Numbered from the stretch's first letter, positions 1 to 10,954 are shown. The stretch is 64,000 nucleotides of DNA from Promethearchaeota archaeon (GCA_016839705.1 JAEOTR010000006.1:32001-96000), one strand, 5' to 3'. Numbers and translations: made by a program. Notes: a model not told the origin generated them from the letters alone.

Positions 1-297
1 TATTGCAGTAATATTCTCAAAATCCATTTTAGCATGCGAAATATTATAATTTGGGATATAGATACTAGGTTGGATGTTTAAATTGGATTGTTCTCGATTG
101 ACGTAGCAATAATTGTTAATCCATGTAAAATTATCGAAAATTTTTCCTGTACGATTAATTGCTTGAGGATATAGGTTATTTAGATTTTGACTGGAGTCTG
201 ATGTGTTATTGCTTGACGAGTTTGAATTATAGATTGGTATTAAAACAAATGTAATTAAGAAAAGGGGTAAAAAAATTTTGTTTTTAATTGTTTTCAT
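1..297 (-). CDS. Secreted/surface protein, N-terminal part (runs off the window edge)
   Basis: Manual translation from ATG at 297 gives MKTIKNKIFLPLFLITFVLIPIYNSNSSSNNTSD..., open to base 1. Basic-hydrophobic signal peptide and several N-x-S/T sequons. Confidence 0.7.
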   Translation of the reverse strand, partial: MKTIKNKIFLPLFLITFVLIPIYNSNSSSNNTSDSSQNLNNLYPQAINRTGKIFDNFTWINNYCYVNREQSNLNIQPSIYIPNYNISHAKMDFENITAI

Positions 298-451
298 TAC
301 TCAAATCCTCATTATACTTTTAAATCAAAAAATTACTCTAGTTATAAATGATGGATCATACATTTAAAACTAGTTTTTCTAATGTAATAGAGAAAGCTTA
401 AAATTTGCATCTCTAATACATAAAATTAACCTAATTATGAAGTTTTATATA

Positions 452-976
452 TTAGTAATAATCTAGATTAAATCTACCTTTAATAATATCAAAAAGGAAT
501 ATTCCAAGGGTTGCTAAAATCACTTCAGAAATAAATACATATAATAAATTCAACCATATAGGAAGTCCAAAACTAACATACAGAATTGTAGCAACATATA
601 TTGAAATAATGATTGAATAAAGCACGCCTCCTAAATATTTTAGAAATTTTCTATTCCTGAATATAATGATGCAATACAATGCCGGTATATTTACAATGCA
701 GCTAATCAAATCTATCGCACCCAAGGGTGAAGTGAGATTAACAAAAAAAACACCTAAAACATTCCCAAATAATCCCTCATAAGGGAAAATAATACACATT
801 CCAACTATTAATTCAGCTACACGAAATTGTAGCTCTAAAAAACTTATCGGTTGAAATATATAGCCTAAGGCAGTATATAAAGCAGCGGTTATTGCTATCA
901 AAGCCACTTTTAGACTAACACTCACTTTTTTAATGCTTTCAAATTCTTTTTCATCTCTAAAAGATTCATTTGTCAT
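452..976 (-). CDS. queT: QueT-family (ECF S-component-like) transporter
   Basis: AITAALYTAL...PISF-LELQFRVAE motif typical of QueT; about 5 TM helices. Confidence 0.75.
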   Translation of the reverse strand: MTNESFRDEKEFESIKKVSVSLKVALIAITAALYTALGYIFQPISFLELQFRVAELIVGMCIIFPYEGLFGNVLGVFFVNLTSPLGAIDLISCIVNIPALYCIIIFRNRKFLKYLGGVLYSIIISIYVATILYVSFGLPIWLNLLYVFISEVILATLGIFLFDIIKGRFNLDYY

Positions 977-1129
977 ATCTTAAAACCGTAAAAGTATTGA
1001 TAGTCTGTTCTTAAATGTTAATTAAATAAATACTTAACATTTAATATTTACTTCCTATATTTGATCTTGTCTAAGTTGAAAAAGATTCTATTAAAAATAA
1101 TAATACTACTAATTAAAAAAGAAAAAAAA

Positions 1130-2971
1130 TTAATATAGATCAGTTATTACAAATCCTAAATTGAGATCTTTCAAGGTTTCTTCTAATGGATACGCACTTT
1201 CAGGATTCCATCCCATCTTTTCGCAATAACTTTTATAATCTGCAAGATAATCTATGCCAACCGCTCTTGAGGGTAATTTATTGTTAATAATGTCAATACC
1301 CTCTCTCAATGTAAATGCTTGTCTAAGGGTTTGAATTCTTAATCCAGTCTTGACTAATTCATCAATTGTAATATCCCAGCCCACTACTCCAGTAATTAAT
1401 TCCAGAAGAGGATATTTTTGAAATGAAGTAGCAAACTCGCATAAACCAAGGCTGTTTAAACTCTGCCAAATTCCAACAACCAACTTTTCTGCCTCACTCC
1501 TATTTTCACCAGAATTTGTATATCCTTCTGGTAAAGCAAATCCCTCAAATAATCCATTAGGTTTCCCTATTGGACCATATGAGCCAAAATCCAGTGTTGG
1601 TGTAGTATGTCTGCCTGGTGTAGGATCAAACGCGAAAGTTGCTCCCATACTCTTATAAAACTTTGAAGAATGCATTCCAAGTTCTTGACCCCCTGAATGA
1701 ATCGCGTACTCATGGCTCCCGTTTCCTATTTTTTCTGAAGCAATTTTTACACCATCTGCTAAAATATCTCCAATACCTTCACGATCTATCATTTTTTTCA
1801 CAAGTTCTACTATTGCTGATGAATTTCCCCAATTTAATTCAAGACCATCAGTCTCATCTTTGTTGATGATACCATTTTCAAAACACTCAATAGCAAAAGC
1901 AACTGCAGTCCCCGCTGAAATTGTGTCTATCCCTGCACGGTTGCATAAATCATTTATAGTAAATATCGACATTAAGTCATCATTTAACAACATAGGTCCA
2001 AAAACTGCACACGTTTCATATTCCGGGCGATGAGTTTCTTCAAGTCCTACTTCGGAAACTTTCATTATCGCACCACAATGCACTGGACATGAAAAACAAC
2101 CATAAGCTTTCTGTTTATATTTGGCTATTTCCATACCTGAGATTTTATTTTGACGTTCAGTAGGATAATCTTCTTTCGCGGTTCCACCCCAATTTTTTAC
2201 CGGCGTATCTCCCATTTGAACCATCATAGTATTACCTGCGGTAGTTCCTAATGTTTTGAATATTTGGGTTATTCCACCCTTGCTTTCTTGTATTTGTTGA
2301 TTATATTCTTTTGTGTGTTTTGAAAGTAAATCTTTATCTGCAAGAGAAATTTTATTATTTCCTTTAAGTACTATTGCTTTCAAGTTCTTAGAACCCATAA
2401 CAGCACCTAATCCAGATCTTCCTGCAATTCTCGCTTTATCATTAACAATACCAGAAATGAGAGATAAATTTTCACCTGCTTGACCAATACTCGCAACTTG
2501 AATTTTTCCATGTTTTTCAGTCAACTTTTCTTCTGTTTGAACAACATCTAAGCCCCATAGATCAGTTGCATCAATTATTTGTTTATCACCATCAATAATT
2601 GTGATATATTTAGGAGTATTTGCTTTTCCTTTGATTAATATCGCATCAAAACCGCATTTTTTAATTTCTGGTCCAAAATACCCACCACAGTTTGAGTCAC
2701 CCCACGTTCCTGTTAAAGGAGATTTTCCAGCAACCATAAATCGTCCTGTCAAAGGAGCGATAGTGCCAGTTAATAACCCTGGGAAGAATCCGAAAATAGA
2801 ATCTGAGCCCAAAGGATCTGTCTTCGCTGGCATGTGTTCATATATTAACTTAGCTGCTAAACCATAACCTCCTAAATATGAACGATAATATTCTTCAGGT
2901 AAGCTCTCTTCTTTAAAAGCTCCCTCCGAAAGATCGATCCATAAAATTTTTCCAAAATAACCATTTGTCAT
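1130..2971 (-). CDS. aor: Tungsten-type aldehyde:ferredoxin oxidoreductase
   Basis: YLGGYGLA, KSPLTG, AGRSGLGAVMGSKNLKA, CFSCPVHC, PEYET and GIDTIS motifs. Confidence 0.93.
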   Translation of the reverse strand: MTNGYFGKILWIDLSEGAFKEESLPEEYYRSYLGGYGLAAKLIYEHMPAKTDPLGSDSIFGFFPGLLTGTIAPLTGRFMVAGKSPLTGTWGDSNCGGYFGPEIKKCGFDAILIKGKANTPKYITIIDGDKQIIDATDLWGLDVVQTEEKLTEKHGKIQVASIGQAGENLSLISGIVNDKARIAGRSGLGAVMGSKNLKAIVLKGNNKISLADKDLLSKHTKEYNQQIQESKGGITQIFKTLGTTAGNTMMVQMGDTPVKNWGGTAKEDYPTERQNKISGMEIAKYKQKAYGCFSCPVHCGAIMKVSEVGLEETHRPEYETCAVFGPMLLNDDLMSIFTINDLCNRAGIDTISAGTAVAFAIECFENGIINKDETDGLELNWGNSSAIVELVKKMIDREGIGDILADGVKIASEKIGNGSHEYAIHSGGQELGMHSSKFYKSMGATFAFDPTPGRHTTPTLDFGSYGPIGKPNGLFEGFALPEGYTNSGENRSEAEKLVVGIWQSLNSLGLCEFATSFQKYPLLELITGVVGWDITIDELVKTGLRIQTLRQAFTLREGIDIINNKLPSRAVGIDYLADYKSYCEKMGWNPESAYPLEETLKDLNLGFVITDLY

Positions 2972-3017
2972 TTAAAGTTAAACCTTTTCTTGTTAATAGT
3001 TCGTAGTTCCCCTAATT

Positions 3018-3033
3018 TTTACAATATTGTAAA
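3018..3033. promoter_or_regulatory. Perfect 16-bp palindrome TTTACAATATTGTAAA upstream of aor (candidate operator)
   Basis: Exact inverted repeat about 50 nt upstream of the aor start. Confidence 0.4.
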
Positions 3034-3185
3034 GAAAGAGAATACATGATATATATGATTAATTGTAGATTATTTTAATCACTTAAAAAGAAATTTATTT
3101 TAACAGATAAGTTAAATTCTTTTCTTAGAAAAACCTATAATACCTTTTCAATCAACTACGTTAGATATTTGAATAATTTTGAAAT

Positions 3186-4076
3186 TCAGTCAGGGATTGT
3201 ATTAAATTCACCATTAGGGATGCCTAAGGATTCCAAAATCCTCTCAGCATTACCCATGATGTTGTCGATAAGATCTTTTAAAGGAATTATCTTGTTGTTA
3301 TACCCTACTGCAGGGGAAGGAACGCTAGTACCCCCTAATTTTAAATGATAAAGCCTTTTATGATAATCTTCTGAAAAAATGTCTGTTTTTAACCAACTTT
3401 CCTTTTTATCATTTGATAGGGGACTTTCTTTAGTAACTAATATTGCTGTTCCTAAACAAATCGCTTCTGCACCCATAGCTAATGCGCCTAAGATACCACG
3501 AGCGTCTCCTATTCCACCAGCTGCTATTAAGGGAACTTTTAAAACTTTCCTACCCACTGTTAGATTAACAAGAGTTGAATGTTGATATGGATTCTTATAT
3601 CCTGATGATTCCATACCCATAAGGGTTATAGCATCTGCCCCTGCTTTTTCCACAGAAATTGCATGCCTTAGTAATGGGACTTTGGGAAACCAATAACAAC
3701 CAGCTTCATGAACCCTTTTTCCAATATAAAGTGCTTGATAAGAAGAGGTTGTAAATATTTCTACTCCAGCATCTATCGCAATTTCGATATATTTTAAATA
3801 TTCTTCTTTTTTTACATCAGCATCCGTTCTGCCACGAGGACGATCAATTGTCAAATTTACTCCAAAAGGCTTATCAGTTAACTCTTTCATTTTTTGGAGT
3901 TCATTTTTAAAATTTTTGGTATCATAATTAAGTGCCGCGATGGTTCCAAAACCCCCTGCATTTGAAAACGCCGCAGCAAATTCAGTTATACCATGCCTCC
4001 AAAATGCTGCCATTATCAAAGGATATTTTGTCTTAGTTAATTTAGTAATCCGTGTTTTCCATATCATTAAAACCAC
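3186..4076 (-). CDS. Nitronate monooxygenase / FabK-like FMN oxidoreductase
   Basis: TDKPFGVNL, AGADAI and PLIAAGGIGDARG...ALAMGAEAICLGT; the usual EAGGH is ESSGY here. Confidence 0.85.
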   Translation of the reverse strand: MVLMIWKTRITKLTKTKYPLIMAAFWRHGITEFAAAFSNAGGFGTIAALNYDTKNFKNELQKMKELTDKPFGVNLTIDRPRGRTDADVKKEEYLKYIEIAIDAGVEIFTTSSYQALYIGKRVHEAGCYWFPKVPLLRHAISVEKAGADAITLMGMESSGYKNPYQHSTLVNLTVGRKVLKVPLIAAGGIGDARGILGALAMGAEAICLGTAILVTKESPLSNDKKESWLKTDIFSEDYHKRLYHLKLGGTSVPSPAVGYNNKIIPLKDLIDNIMGNAERILESLGIPNGEFNTIPD

Positions 4077-4167
4077 CTTAAACTACTTTGATATTTCAAA
4101 AAGTAGTAATTGTAAAAAATTTTATTATTGAATTTTATAAACTCATAAAGTCAAAGAAATAAATTCG

Positions 4168-5148
4168 TTAGATGGGGTTTGATATTTCATTAATTTTTCG
4201 CTTTAATTCCTTATAATGACTCGGGTAGAATATTTTAAAAATTCTAAGCCAATCAATGCCAATTAATCCTCCTGCGAAAAAACTTAGAAGGTAACCTAAA
4301 TTCACTACAAACTCATGAGTTAAAAATTCTTTAGGTATGAAATCATTCCCATAAATTACCATCAGGAAAGAGATGCTGGTCAGCAGCAATCCAAATGGAA
4401 AGATATTTAATTTAGGATGCTTAAAAAAGTGAAGATCATCTTTAGTAATAGAATTGAAAGCAGATCTAGTAGATCCCTTCTTTTCTATAGGCTTGTTTAC
4501 TTTCTCAAGAAAATTTAGTTGAGTTAGATCACGAAAATCTCGAAATGCAAAGAAACTCCCAAAATAGATAAAAAAGTACAAGAAAATCATAATTATTGCT
4601 AAATACAATTTATACTCCCTCCAAAAAATTTCAAATTGTATCATATTAAATCGTATAATATAAAACGGAATACTTAGTCCTAATAAAATAATACCTAAGA
4701 AGCTCTCATGTAGGTGATACTTTCCTATAAAGTTTCCTTCAAATTTTACAGAAATTTTTCTAATATAATGAATAATAAAAAGAACTATTCCCGGTGCTAC
4801 CATTGCTACTGACAAATAAAATATTATTTCTAGGAAATTGATTAGACTACCAGGAAATAGTTTAAGTCCCAGAGTATTCTGCAAATGCAGTAAATTCCAT
4901 GCTAAAACACCAAAAATAACAAAGAAAAGAAACATTATTCGATAAATTTTGATTTTGATTGCAAAAATTAGAATAAGAAAAAAGAAACTTGAGGAAATTA
5001 GGATGTTAGCTTTACTCAATATTAATTCCAAAGAATTAGGAAAATAAATCTGTTTTGAAAGAAAATAATCTAAAAAAGAGAAAAAAATTAGAGTTAAGAA
5101 ACTCAAAAGAACCACTAACTTTACAGCTATTTTTATGCTTCTTCTCAT
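4168..5148 (-). CDS. Hypothetical multi-pass membrane protein
   Basis: 326-aa ORF with about 8 hydrophobic segments and a YHLHES motif. Confidence 0.7.
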   Translation of the reverse strand: MRRSIKIAVKLVVLLSFLTLIFFSFLDYFLSKQIYFPNSLELILSKANILISSSFFFLILIFAIKIKIYRIMFLFFVIFGVLAWNLLHLQNTLGLKLFPGSLINFLEIIFYLSVAMVAPGIVLFIIHYIRKISVKFEGNFIGKYHLHESFLGIILLGLSIPFYIIRFNMIQFEIFWREYKLYLAIIMIFLYFFIYFGSFFAFRDFRDLTQLNFLEKVNKPIEKKGSTRSAFNSITKDDLHFFKHPKLNIFPFGLLLTSISFLMVIYGNDFIPKEFLTHEFVVNLGYLLSFFAGGLIGIDWLRIFKIFYPSHYKELKRKINEISNPI

Positions 5149-5328
5149 TAAAATGTATAAAATTAAATACTATTTATAGTGAATTAATTTCAATTAAATC
5201 TCAAAGAAGCAAGTCAAATTATTGAAGTCTAGGATATACCTATTCTTGGAGCCTTTATAAAAGAAAACACAATTATTTAACATAATAAGAAATTAGGAAA
5301 TAAAAAAAATAAATTGGTAATCCATTAA

Positions 5329-6144
5329 TTAACTTTTCCTTTTTTTAATTATATAAATCAAGGTTATAATGATTCCCATAGAAGCATTCAACAAAATTGG
5401 AAGTTCAAAGCCAGGAATCGCTGCAGTTGTAGGCAATTCTATAGAAAATTCATAAATTATATTTGTCTCATTGTCTTTAATTTGATACCCTATCCAGGCA
5501 CCATAAGTTTCATCATAAGTCCATGTTTCTGTACAATTTTCTAAATATTGATCCATAACTAGAGGATTAAAAATAGCGTCTCCCTCTTCAGCATTATGAA
5601 CAACTGTATTACCTAAATTTTGCCATTTCGGAGCCCAAGTAATTTCTTCTAAATATTGATCCACAGGAGTGGGTAATTGAGCAAAATAAAGTGCTCCATT
5701 ATAGATAGTAGTATTCTGAATCCAAATTAAATTTGTCCTCCATGTAATATTCGTTGGACCATAAAAACTATGAACATCATAACCAGTAATATCTGGAGTT
5801 TCTCCAAATTCTCCTAAAGTCCAGTCCCAGTTATCTGTTGTGTAGTTTACCGCATCTTCCCCAAGCCAAGATATACTAAAATTAACAGCCGTTACAAGAG
5901 ATTTTTTTCTGGCACCTTCCTGTAGAGCTCCGGAGCCAAATAATCCTTCAAAAAGCCCAACATAACCTGTTCCAAATAAATCTTCCATACTTTGGTTGTT
6001 TGCAGTTTTTACTATCAATATCTTCTGATCTCCGGGTGCCCCATGAAATGTATAAGTTCCAACTTGGGAATTAGCTGGTGGGGTAATTAATATCGTCATA
6101 CTTACCATTAAAAGGAATGATATCATTAATTTTGGTTTATTCAT
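5329..6144 (-). CDS. Cell-surface glycoprotein with IPGF-TM-basic C-terminal sorting signal
   Basis: Signal peptide, sequons and C-terminus AAIPGFELPILL...IIKKRKS (PGF-CTERM/Loki-CTERM-like). Confidence 0.8.
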   Translation of the reverse strand: MNKPKLMISFLLMVSMTILITPPANSQVGTYTFHGAPGDQKILIVKTANNQSMEDLFGTGYVGLFEGLFGSGALQEGARKKSLVTAVNFSISWLGEDAVNYTTDNWDWTLGEFGETPDITGYDVHSFYGPTNITWRTNLIWIQNTTIYNGALYFAQLPTPVDQYLEEITWAPKWQNLGNTVVHNAEEGDAIFNPLVMDQYLENCTETWTYDETYGAWIGYQIKDNETNIIYEFSIELPTTAAIPGFELPILLNASMGIIITLIYIIKKRKS

Positions 6145-6308
6145 TTTAAATCATTTTTTATTTTTATGTAGAAAGGCTTGTAATTAATCTATATTTTAAC
6201 TGGTTTCTATATAAATATTCCTATAGATCTAATATTGATGTATCTAATTGGATTTAGTGCATAAAATGAATATTTATATTAAATTACTGTGTTTGAGAGC
6301 CTTATCAA

Positions 6309-7124
6309 TTGAAAAAATTAATTAATAAACAACGGGTAACTAAAATTATGAAATATATTTCACCAGAGAATAATCTTGAAATTTATTATAAAATTAGTGG
6401 AAATGAAAATAACCCCAAAATGGTATTAATTCACGGTCTTTTTTTAAATAGCGATTGCTGGAGGGAACAGCTGAAAACTTTTGAAGACAAATTTTTTATT
6501 CTCCGTTTTGATCTTCGTGGTCATGGAAGGACAACAAAACCAAAAAAACGCTTTACTATTCGAAATTATGTAGATGATATGTACAGTTTATTAACACACC
6601 TAAATTGGACAGAAAACCTTTACCTTGTTGGGCATTCTCTTGGGGGAATGGTTGCCCTTGTATACGGGCTTGAAAATCCTTCTAATATTAAAAAAATGGT
6701 TGTAGCAGATAGTTTTTGTTTTATTAGCCAAGAAGCAATTACCGACGTTTTAGGTCGAGTAAATAACTCCAAGCTTGAAAACTTCGCATTAGGTATAAGC
6801 ATAAGAGGTTTATCTCCTTATGATAAAGACACCGCAAAATTTGTAGCAAAAATAGTGACCGATCATATGACAAAAAAGGACTGTCTTAGTGCTACCGCGG
6901 CTTCTGCGGGATTTAATGTTTGCGAAAACTTAAAATCATTAAATATTCCGGTATTGGTTTTAGTCGGCAAAAAAGATATTACCACTCCTGTGTGGGCAAG
7001 TGAAATGATTCATGAATGGCTACCCCATTCAGAATTAGTAATTCTTCCGGATGCAGGGCATCTGACAATTTTAGATCACCCGGTAGAGTTTAATAACCAA
7101 GTAATTTCATTTTGGGAAAAGTAA
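6309..7124 (+). CDS. Alpha/beta hydrolase (enol-lactonase-like); start may be ATG 6348
   Basis: HG oxyanion motif, DLRGHG, GHSLGG nucleophile, and D and H (AGH) triad residues. Confidence 0.88.
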   Translation: MKKLINKQRVTKIMKYISPENNLEIYYKISGNENNPKMVLIHGLFLNSDCWREQLKTFEDKFFILRFDLRGHGRTTKPKKRFTIRNYVDDMYSLLTHLNWTENLYLVGHSLGGMVALVYGLENPSNIKKMVVADSFCFISQEAITDVLGRVNNSKLENFALGISIRGLSPYDKDTAKFVAKIVTDHMTKKDCLSATAASAGFNVCENLKSLNIPVLVLVGKKDITTPVWASEMIHEWLPHSELVILPDAGHLTILDHPVEFNNQVISFWEK

Positions 7125-7149
7125 GAAGTTGTTTGTTAGAAATAATTAA

Positions 7150-8175
7150 TTATGGTGTACCCCACTTAATTACACCAGCATTCCATGCCCATCCTATTCC
7201 AGCTGAAACAATAACAACTACATCTCCTTCTTTAATTTTTCCATCTCTAATTCCATATTCTATTGATATTATCCCGTCATTCTGGCCGTTATGTCCAATA
7301 TCTTCGAAATATGTAGATTGAGTGTATGGATCAACGCCAATTGTCTTTGCAACATATTCAAATGCACTTCTTTTCATATGGAGAAGAGCTAAATAACCAA
7401 TATCTTTACGTGAGTAACCCGATTGTTTTAAGGCATTATCAATTACCTTCACAAATGAGCTCATCGAGTACTTGTCTAATCGTTCTTTTAAACCCTCAGG
7501 ATCAGGTACATCCAAAAAATTTCTTCCTTCTTCTAAAGATCTTGGAGTAATAGGTTGAATTGTACCACCCGCGGGTATATAAACATCATCAACAAAACGG
7601 CCATCAGTAATGGCGGTAATACTTAAAATTTCATTTATTTGATAATCCCCCCGGATTATTGCAGCAACCCCACTAGCCGCTAAACTAATCATAAATCTTG
7701 ATCTCTGATTTTTATAATTGATTAAATCAGAATTCCTATAACCGCTTGCTACTAGTATCCTGTTAATATCTGGATTTATTTGAATTAAACTTTTTGCTAT
7801 CAGCATGCCTATTAAAAAACTTCCACATCGTTGATTTACATCAAATGCCCAAGGCTTCAATGGATTTCCCAATAATTGTTGCAGTTTTATGCCATTCACA
7901 ACTAATGGTCGTTCAGCGTGAACCTCCCCAGCCCAAATAATCACATCTAGATTGTCAGGGGTTAAATTTGCTCTTTTTAAAGCTTTGAAACTTGCATTAG
8001 CACCCATTTGGACCGTATGATCTTCTGTTCCTGGTACGGATTTGCTAAACAATCCAAATTTTTCTTCTATTACTTTTTTTGGGATCCCTGTTTCTTTAGA
8101 AATATGTTCACTAGTATGTCTTTCTTTTGGAAGATAAACACCCCATGCTTCTAATCCAACTGGACGATAATTCAA
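7150..8175 (-). CDS. 3-oxoacyl-ACP/CoA synthase III (FabH-like thiolase fold)
   Basis: DVNQRCGS active Cys, LLHMK His, GHNG and SAGIGWAW. Confidence 0.85.
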   Translation of the reverse strand: MNYRPVGLEAWGVYLPKERHTSEHISKETGIPKKVIEEKFGLFSKSVPGTEDHTVQMGANASFKALKRANLTPDNLDVIIWAGEVHAERPLVVNGIKLQQLLGNPLKPWAFDVNQRCGSFLIGMLIAKSLIQINPDINRILVASGYRNSDLINYKNQRSRFMISLAASGVAAIIRGDYQINEILSITAITDGRFVDDVYIPAGGTIQPITPRSLEEGRNFLDVPDPEGLKERLDKYSMSSFVKVIDNALKQSGYSRKDIGYLALLHMKRSAFEYVAKTIGVDPYTQSTYFEDIGHNGQNDGIISIEYGIRDGKIKEGDVVVIVSAGIGWAWNAGVIKWGTP

Positions 8176-8185
8176 TTTTTTTTAC

Positions 8186-9730
8186 CTACTTAAGTTCACG
8201 TTTTAAAATTTTCCCAGCAGCGCTGGTTGGCAAATCTTCTTTTATTTCAAAATACTTTGGGACTTTATATCTTGCTAATTTTTGTAGAAGGTAATCTCGA
8301 ATGTCATCTGTAGAAATTTCTTTTCCAGGTTTTAACGTAATGAATGCTTTGCCAACTTCACCCCATTTTTCATCAGATACACCAATAACTGCAGCTAAAT
8401 CGATTGATGGATGTTTAAATAATATTTCTTCAATTTCAACAGGATATACATTCTCCCCCCCACTGATATACATTTCTTTCTTACGTCCTACAATATAATA
8501 ATAAAAATCCTCATCTTGCTTGGCTAAATCACCTGTATGTACCCATCCATCTGGTTCAATTGTTTTTTTAGTTTCATCAGGTTCGTCCCAATAGCCTGAG
8601 AAAATGTGAGGTCCCTTTAAAAGAAGTTCTCCCACATCTCCTTGTTTCACAATCAAATTAGTCTTCGTGTCAATAATTTTCATATCACAATGAAAAACTG
8701 GTATCCCTACAGATGTAGGTTTTTGTTTGATTTTACTTTCTGGTAAATAGAAATTATTAGGACCAACTTCAGTTAAACCATATCCCATTTTAAAAAGTTT
8801 ATCTCTAGCCCAATATTTCTCCATAATTGCCACTGGGCACGGAGCTCCACCAGATATGAAAATTTTCACCGATGCAAGATTGGTAGAATTAAAATTTGGA
8901 CTATTTGCCATCAGATGATACATCGTAGGAACACCAACTACAATAGTACAATTCTGATCAGTAATTATTCTTAAAGATTCTTCGGGGTTAAAATCTCCCA
9001 TTAGTATTGTTTTAGCTCCCAAATGATAAAAAGGCACTAGTAAAACATTCCAACCTCCTGTATGAAATAGTGGAAAGAAAAGTGGCTGTACATCATCTGA
9101 GTTTAAACTCCATGAAAGTATTGTATTAACAGAATTCCAAAAAATAAGCCTATGAGAAAGAATAGCACCCTTTGGTAAACCTGTTGTTCCACCTGTGAAT
9201 AAAATAAGATGGGGATCCTCAAAATTAATGGATAGTTTTTCAATTTCAGATTTTAAGGCTTTATTCATTAAACGTTGAGACGTCGGATCTCCATGTATTG
9301 ATTTTTTACCCATTACTACGTTCTTTTCAACAAGATTTTTTTTTTTAATCTCTAATGCTTGAGATTCTAATTTTGGTTCGTAAAAAAATATTGAGGGGGT
9401 TGTCTTTTTAATAAGATACTCTAATTCTTGAATAGATAATCTCACATTAAAAGGAACAAGAATAGCTCCGATTTTTCCTGAAGCTAAAAACAAATCTATA
9501 CACTCAATCCTATTAGTTGAAAACATAGCAACACGATCTCCCTTAGATATGCCGTGATCTAATAGAACATGAGCTAATTGTTTTGCTCGAATATTAAGAT
9601 CGTTGTATGTGTAAATTTTTTTTTCAATATTATCAAAAATTGCATGACGATTCGGTGTTAGGCTTGCACGACGTTCCCCCCAATCCCCAATCCATGAAAA
9701 CTCTCCAGTTTTAACCATTATGAAAATCAC
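8186..9730 (-). CDS. Long-chain fatty-acid--CoA ligase (AMP-binding)
   Basis: FTGGTTGLPKG, GYGLTE, HTGDLA, GGENVYP and AGKILK. Confidence 0.92.
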   Translation of the reverse strand: MIFIMVKTGEFSWIGDWGERRASLTPNRHAIFDNIEKKIYTYNDLNIRAKQLAHVLLDHGISKGDRVAMFSTNRIECIDLFLASGKIGAILVPFNVRLSIQELEYLIKKTTPSIFFYEPKLESQALEIKKKNLVEKNVVMGKKSIHGDPTSQRLMNKALKSEIEKLSINFEDPHLILFTGGTTGLPKGAILSHRLIFWNSVNTILSWSLNSDDVQPLFFPLFHTGGWNVLLVPFYHLGAKTILMGDFNPEESLRIITDQNCTIVVGVPTMYHLMANSPNFNSTNLASVKIFISGGAPCPVAIMEKYWARDKLFKMGYGLTEVGPNNFYLPESKIKQKPTSVGIPVFHCDMKIIDTKTNLIVKQGDVGELLLKGPHIFSGYWDEPDETKKTIEPDGWVHTGDLAKQDEDFYYYIVGRKKEMYISGGENVYPVEIEEILFKHPSIDLAAVIGVSDEKWGEVGKAFITLKPGKEISTDDIRDYLLQKLARYKVPKYFEIKEDLPTSAAGKILKRELK

Positions 9731-10954
9731 CTAAACAGCTCTGTAGATAGGCCATTTTCTCCACACATATGCAAACAAGATTTCAATCCAGAGAAACCAT
9801 AAAATAAATGGTGTAGGATTCATCCTCCAGTAATTTATATTATCTCCAAAAATAAATGGGGATAAAAGATAATAGCCAATAAAACTAAATGTTCCAATAA
9901 ACATAACTAGCAAAAATCTAAAAAGAAAATTCTTCCATTGAGGAAATTTTTTTGGCCAATTGTCAAAGAATAAAGATACTAACACAACAGCACAAATGAG
10001 AAATATCGCATAAGTAATACTCATCATGTACCAACCTTTAAATCTAGTTACAGCATCAGGAGGTGTTCCCCCAATCGCAATAAAGAAAGGATCGAATAAA
10101 TTTTTAGCAATAATATCAGGAAAAAAATAAGAAATTAGTAAACCTAACAATGTACAAGATGCAAATGCGATAAGTCCTATATATGGTTGTTTCTTCCCCA
10201 ATTTACTCCACGGCCAATACTCAAAAGCCATAAGCGTGAGAAGTGAAAAAAAGATCAACCATTGAGTCCATCCAAGTGAAAAGGCGTAACTGGGAAAAAA
10301 AGTAATGGGTCTAACTGCCGAAGCCTCAGAGGACGCCATAGGGTTTCCTGCGGGGATAAACAATAAAAACCAAACAATTAGTGTTATTGTGTTACCAATG
10401 ATCCAAACAATTACCCCTCGTTTAGGTTGTTTTATTTTAAAAAATGGCCAATACATTGTTCCAGCAACCCAAAGAACCGCAAAAGAAAAACAAGAACCAC
10501 TTAAAGCACCGAAAATTGATGCACCAACGAACCATGCTATATAAGAGTTAGGATTTTGACCACTGTATACTGAATTAAATAAAGGTAAAAACACAAGAAC
10601 GAAAAGACATATAATTACACCATTAATAGCGGTTCCTACAAGCCCTACCTTCCAAGGCGTTTTAAACCAGTTGTAATAAGGCCAATTCTCAAACCAAATA
10701 GCCCACATTACACCAATTAACCCAAACCCACCAATCACAGTTGCCCATGCTGTAATTTCCATTTCATACAAAGGGAGAGGATTGTGCCAACGAGGATCAA
10801 AAAAAATCCACCAGGTGACTAAACTTATTATAAACACTATTAAAATTGAAAGAATACCCGCGATAGGTTGCTTATATCGAGCCATCACTATCATTGGTGC
10901 GTCCTCAGCAGAGGGAATGCCGACTTTTTCGCCTGCGAGAGCCATATTGATCAC
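9731..10954 (-). CDS. Multi-pass membrane protein, probable transporter, with repeated F(E/D)xWP motifs
   Basis: FENWP, MYWP, FEYWP, FDNWP and RKWP repeats following TM helices; abuts the acyl-CoA ligase gene. Confidence 0.6.
   Translation of the reverse strand: MINMALAGEKVGIPSAEDAPMIVMARYKQPIAGILSILIVFIISLVTWWIFFDPRWHNPLPLYEMEITAWATVIGGFGLIGVMWAIWFENWPYYNWFKTPWKVGLVGTAINGVIICLFVLVFLPLFNSVYSGQNPNSYIAWFVGASIFGALSGSCFSFAVLWVAGTMYWPFFKIKQPKRGVIVWIIGNTITLIVWFLLFIPAGNPMASSEASAVRPITFFPSYAFSLGWTQWLIFFSLLTLMAFEYWPWSKLGKKQPYIGLIAFASCTLLGLLISYFFPDIIAKNLFDPFFIAIGGTPPDAVTRFKGWYMMSITYAIFLICAVVLVSLFFDNWPKKFPQWKNFLFRFLLVMFIGTFSFIGYYLLSPFIFGDNINYWRMNPTPFILWFLWIEILFAYVWRKWPIYRAV

Noticed and set aside
977-1129. 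preQ1 riboswitch upstream of queT
   Set aside because: No recognisable preQ1 aptamer motif
5194-5280. Possible PIN-toxin remnant (LKEASQIIEV*DIPILGAFIKEN)
   Set aside because: Too short and degenerate to support without a homology search
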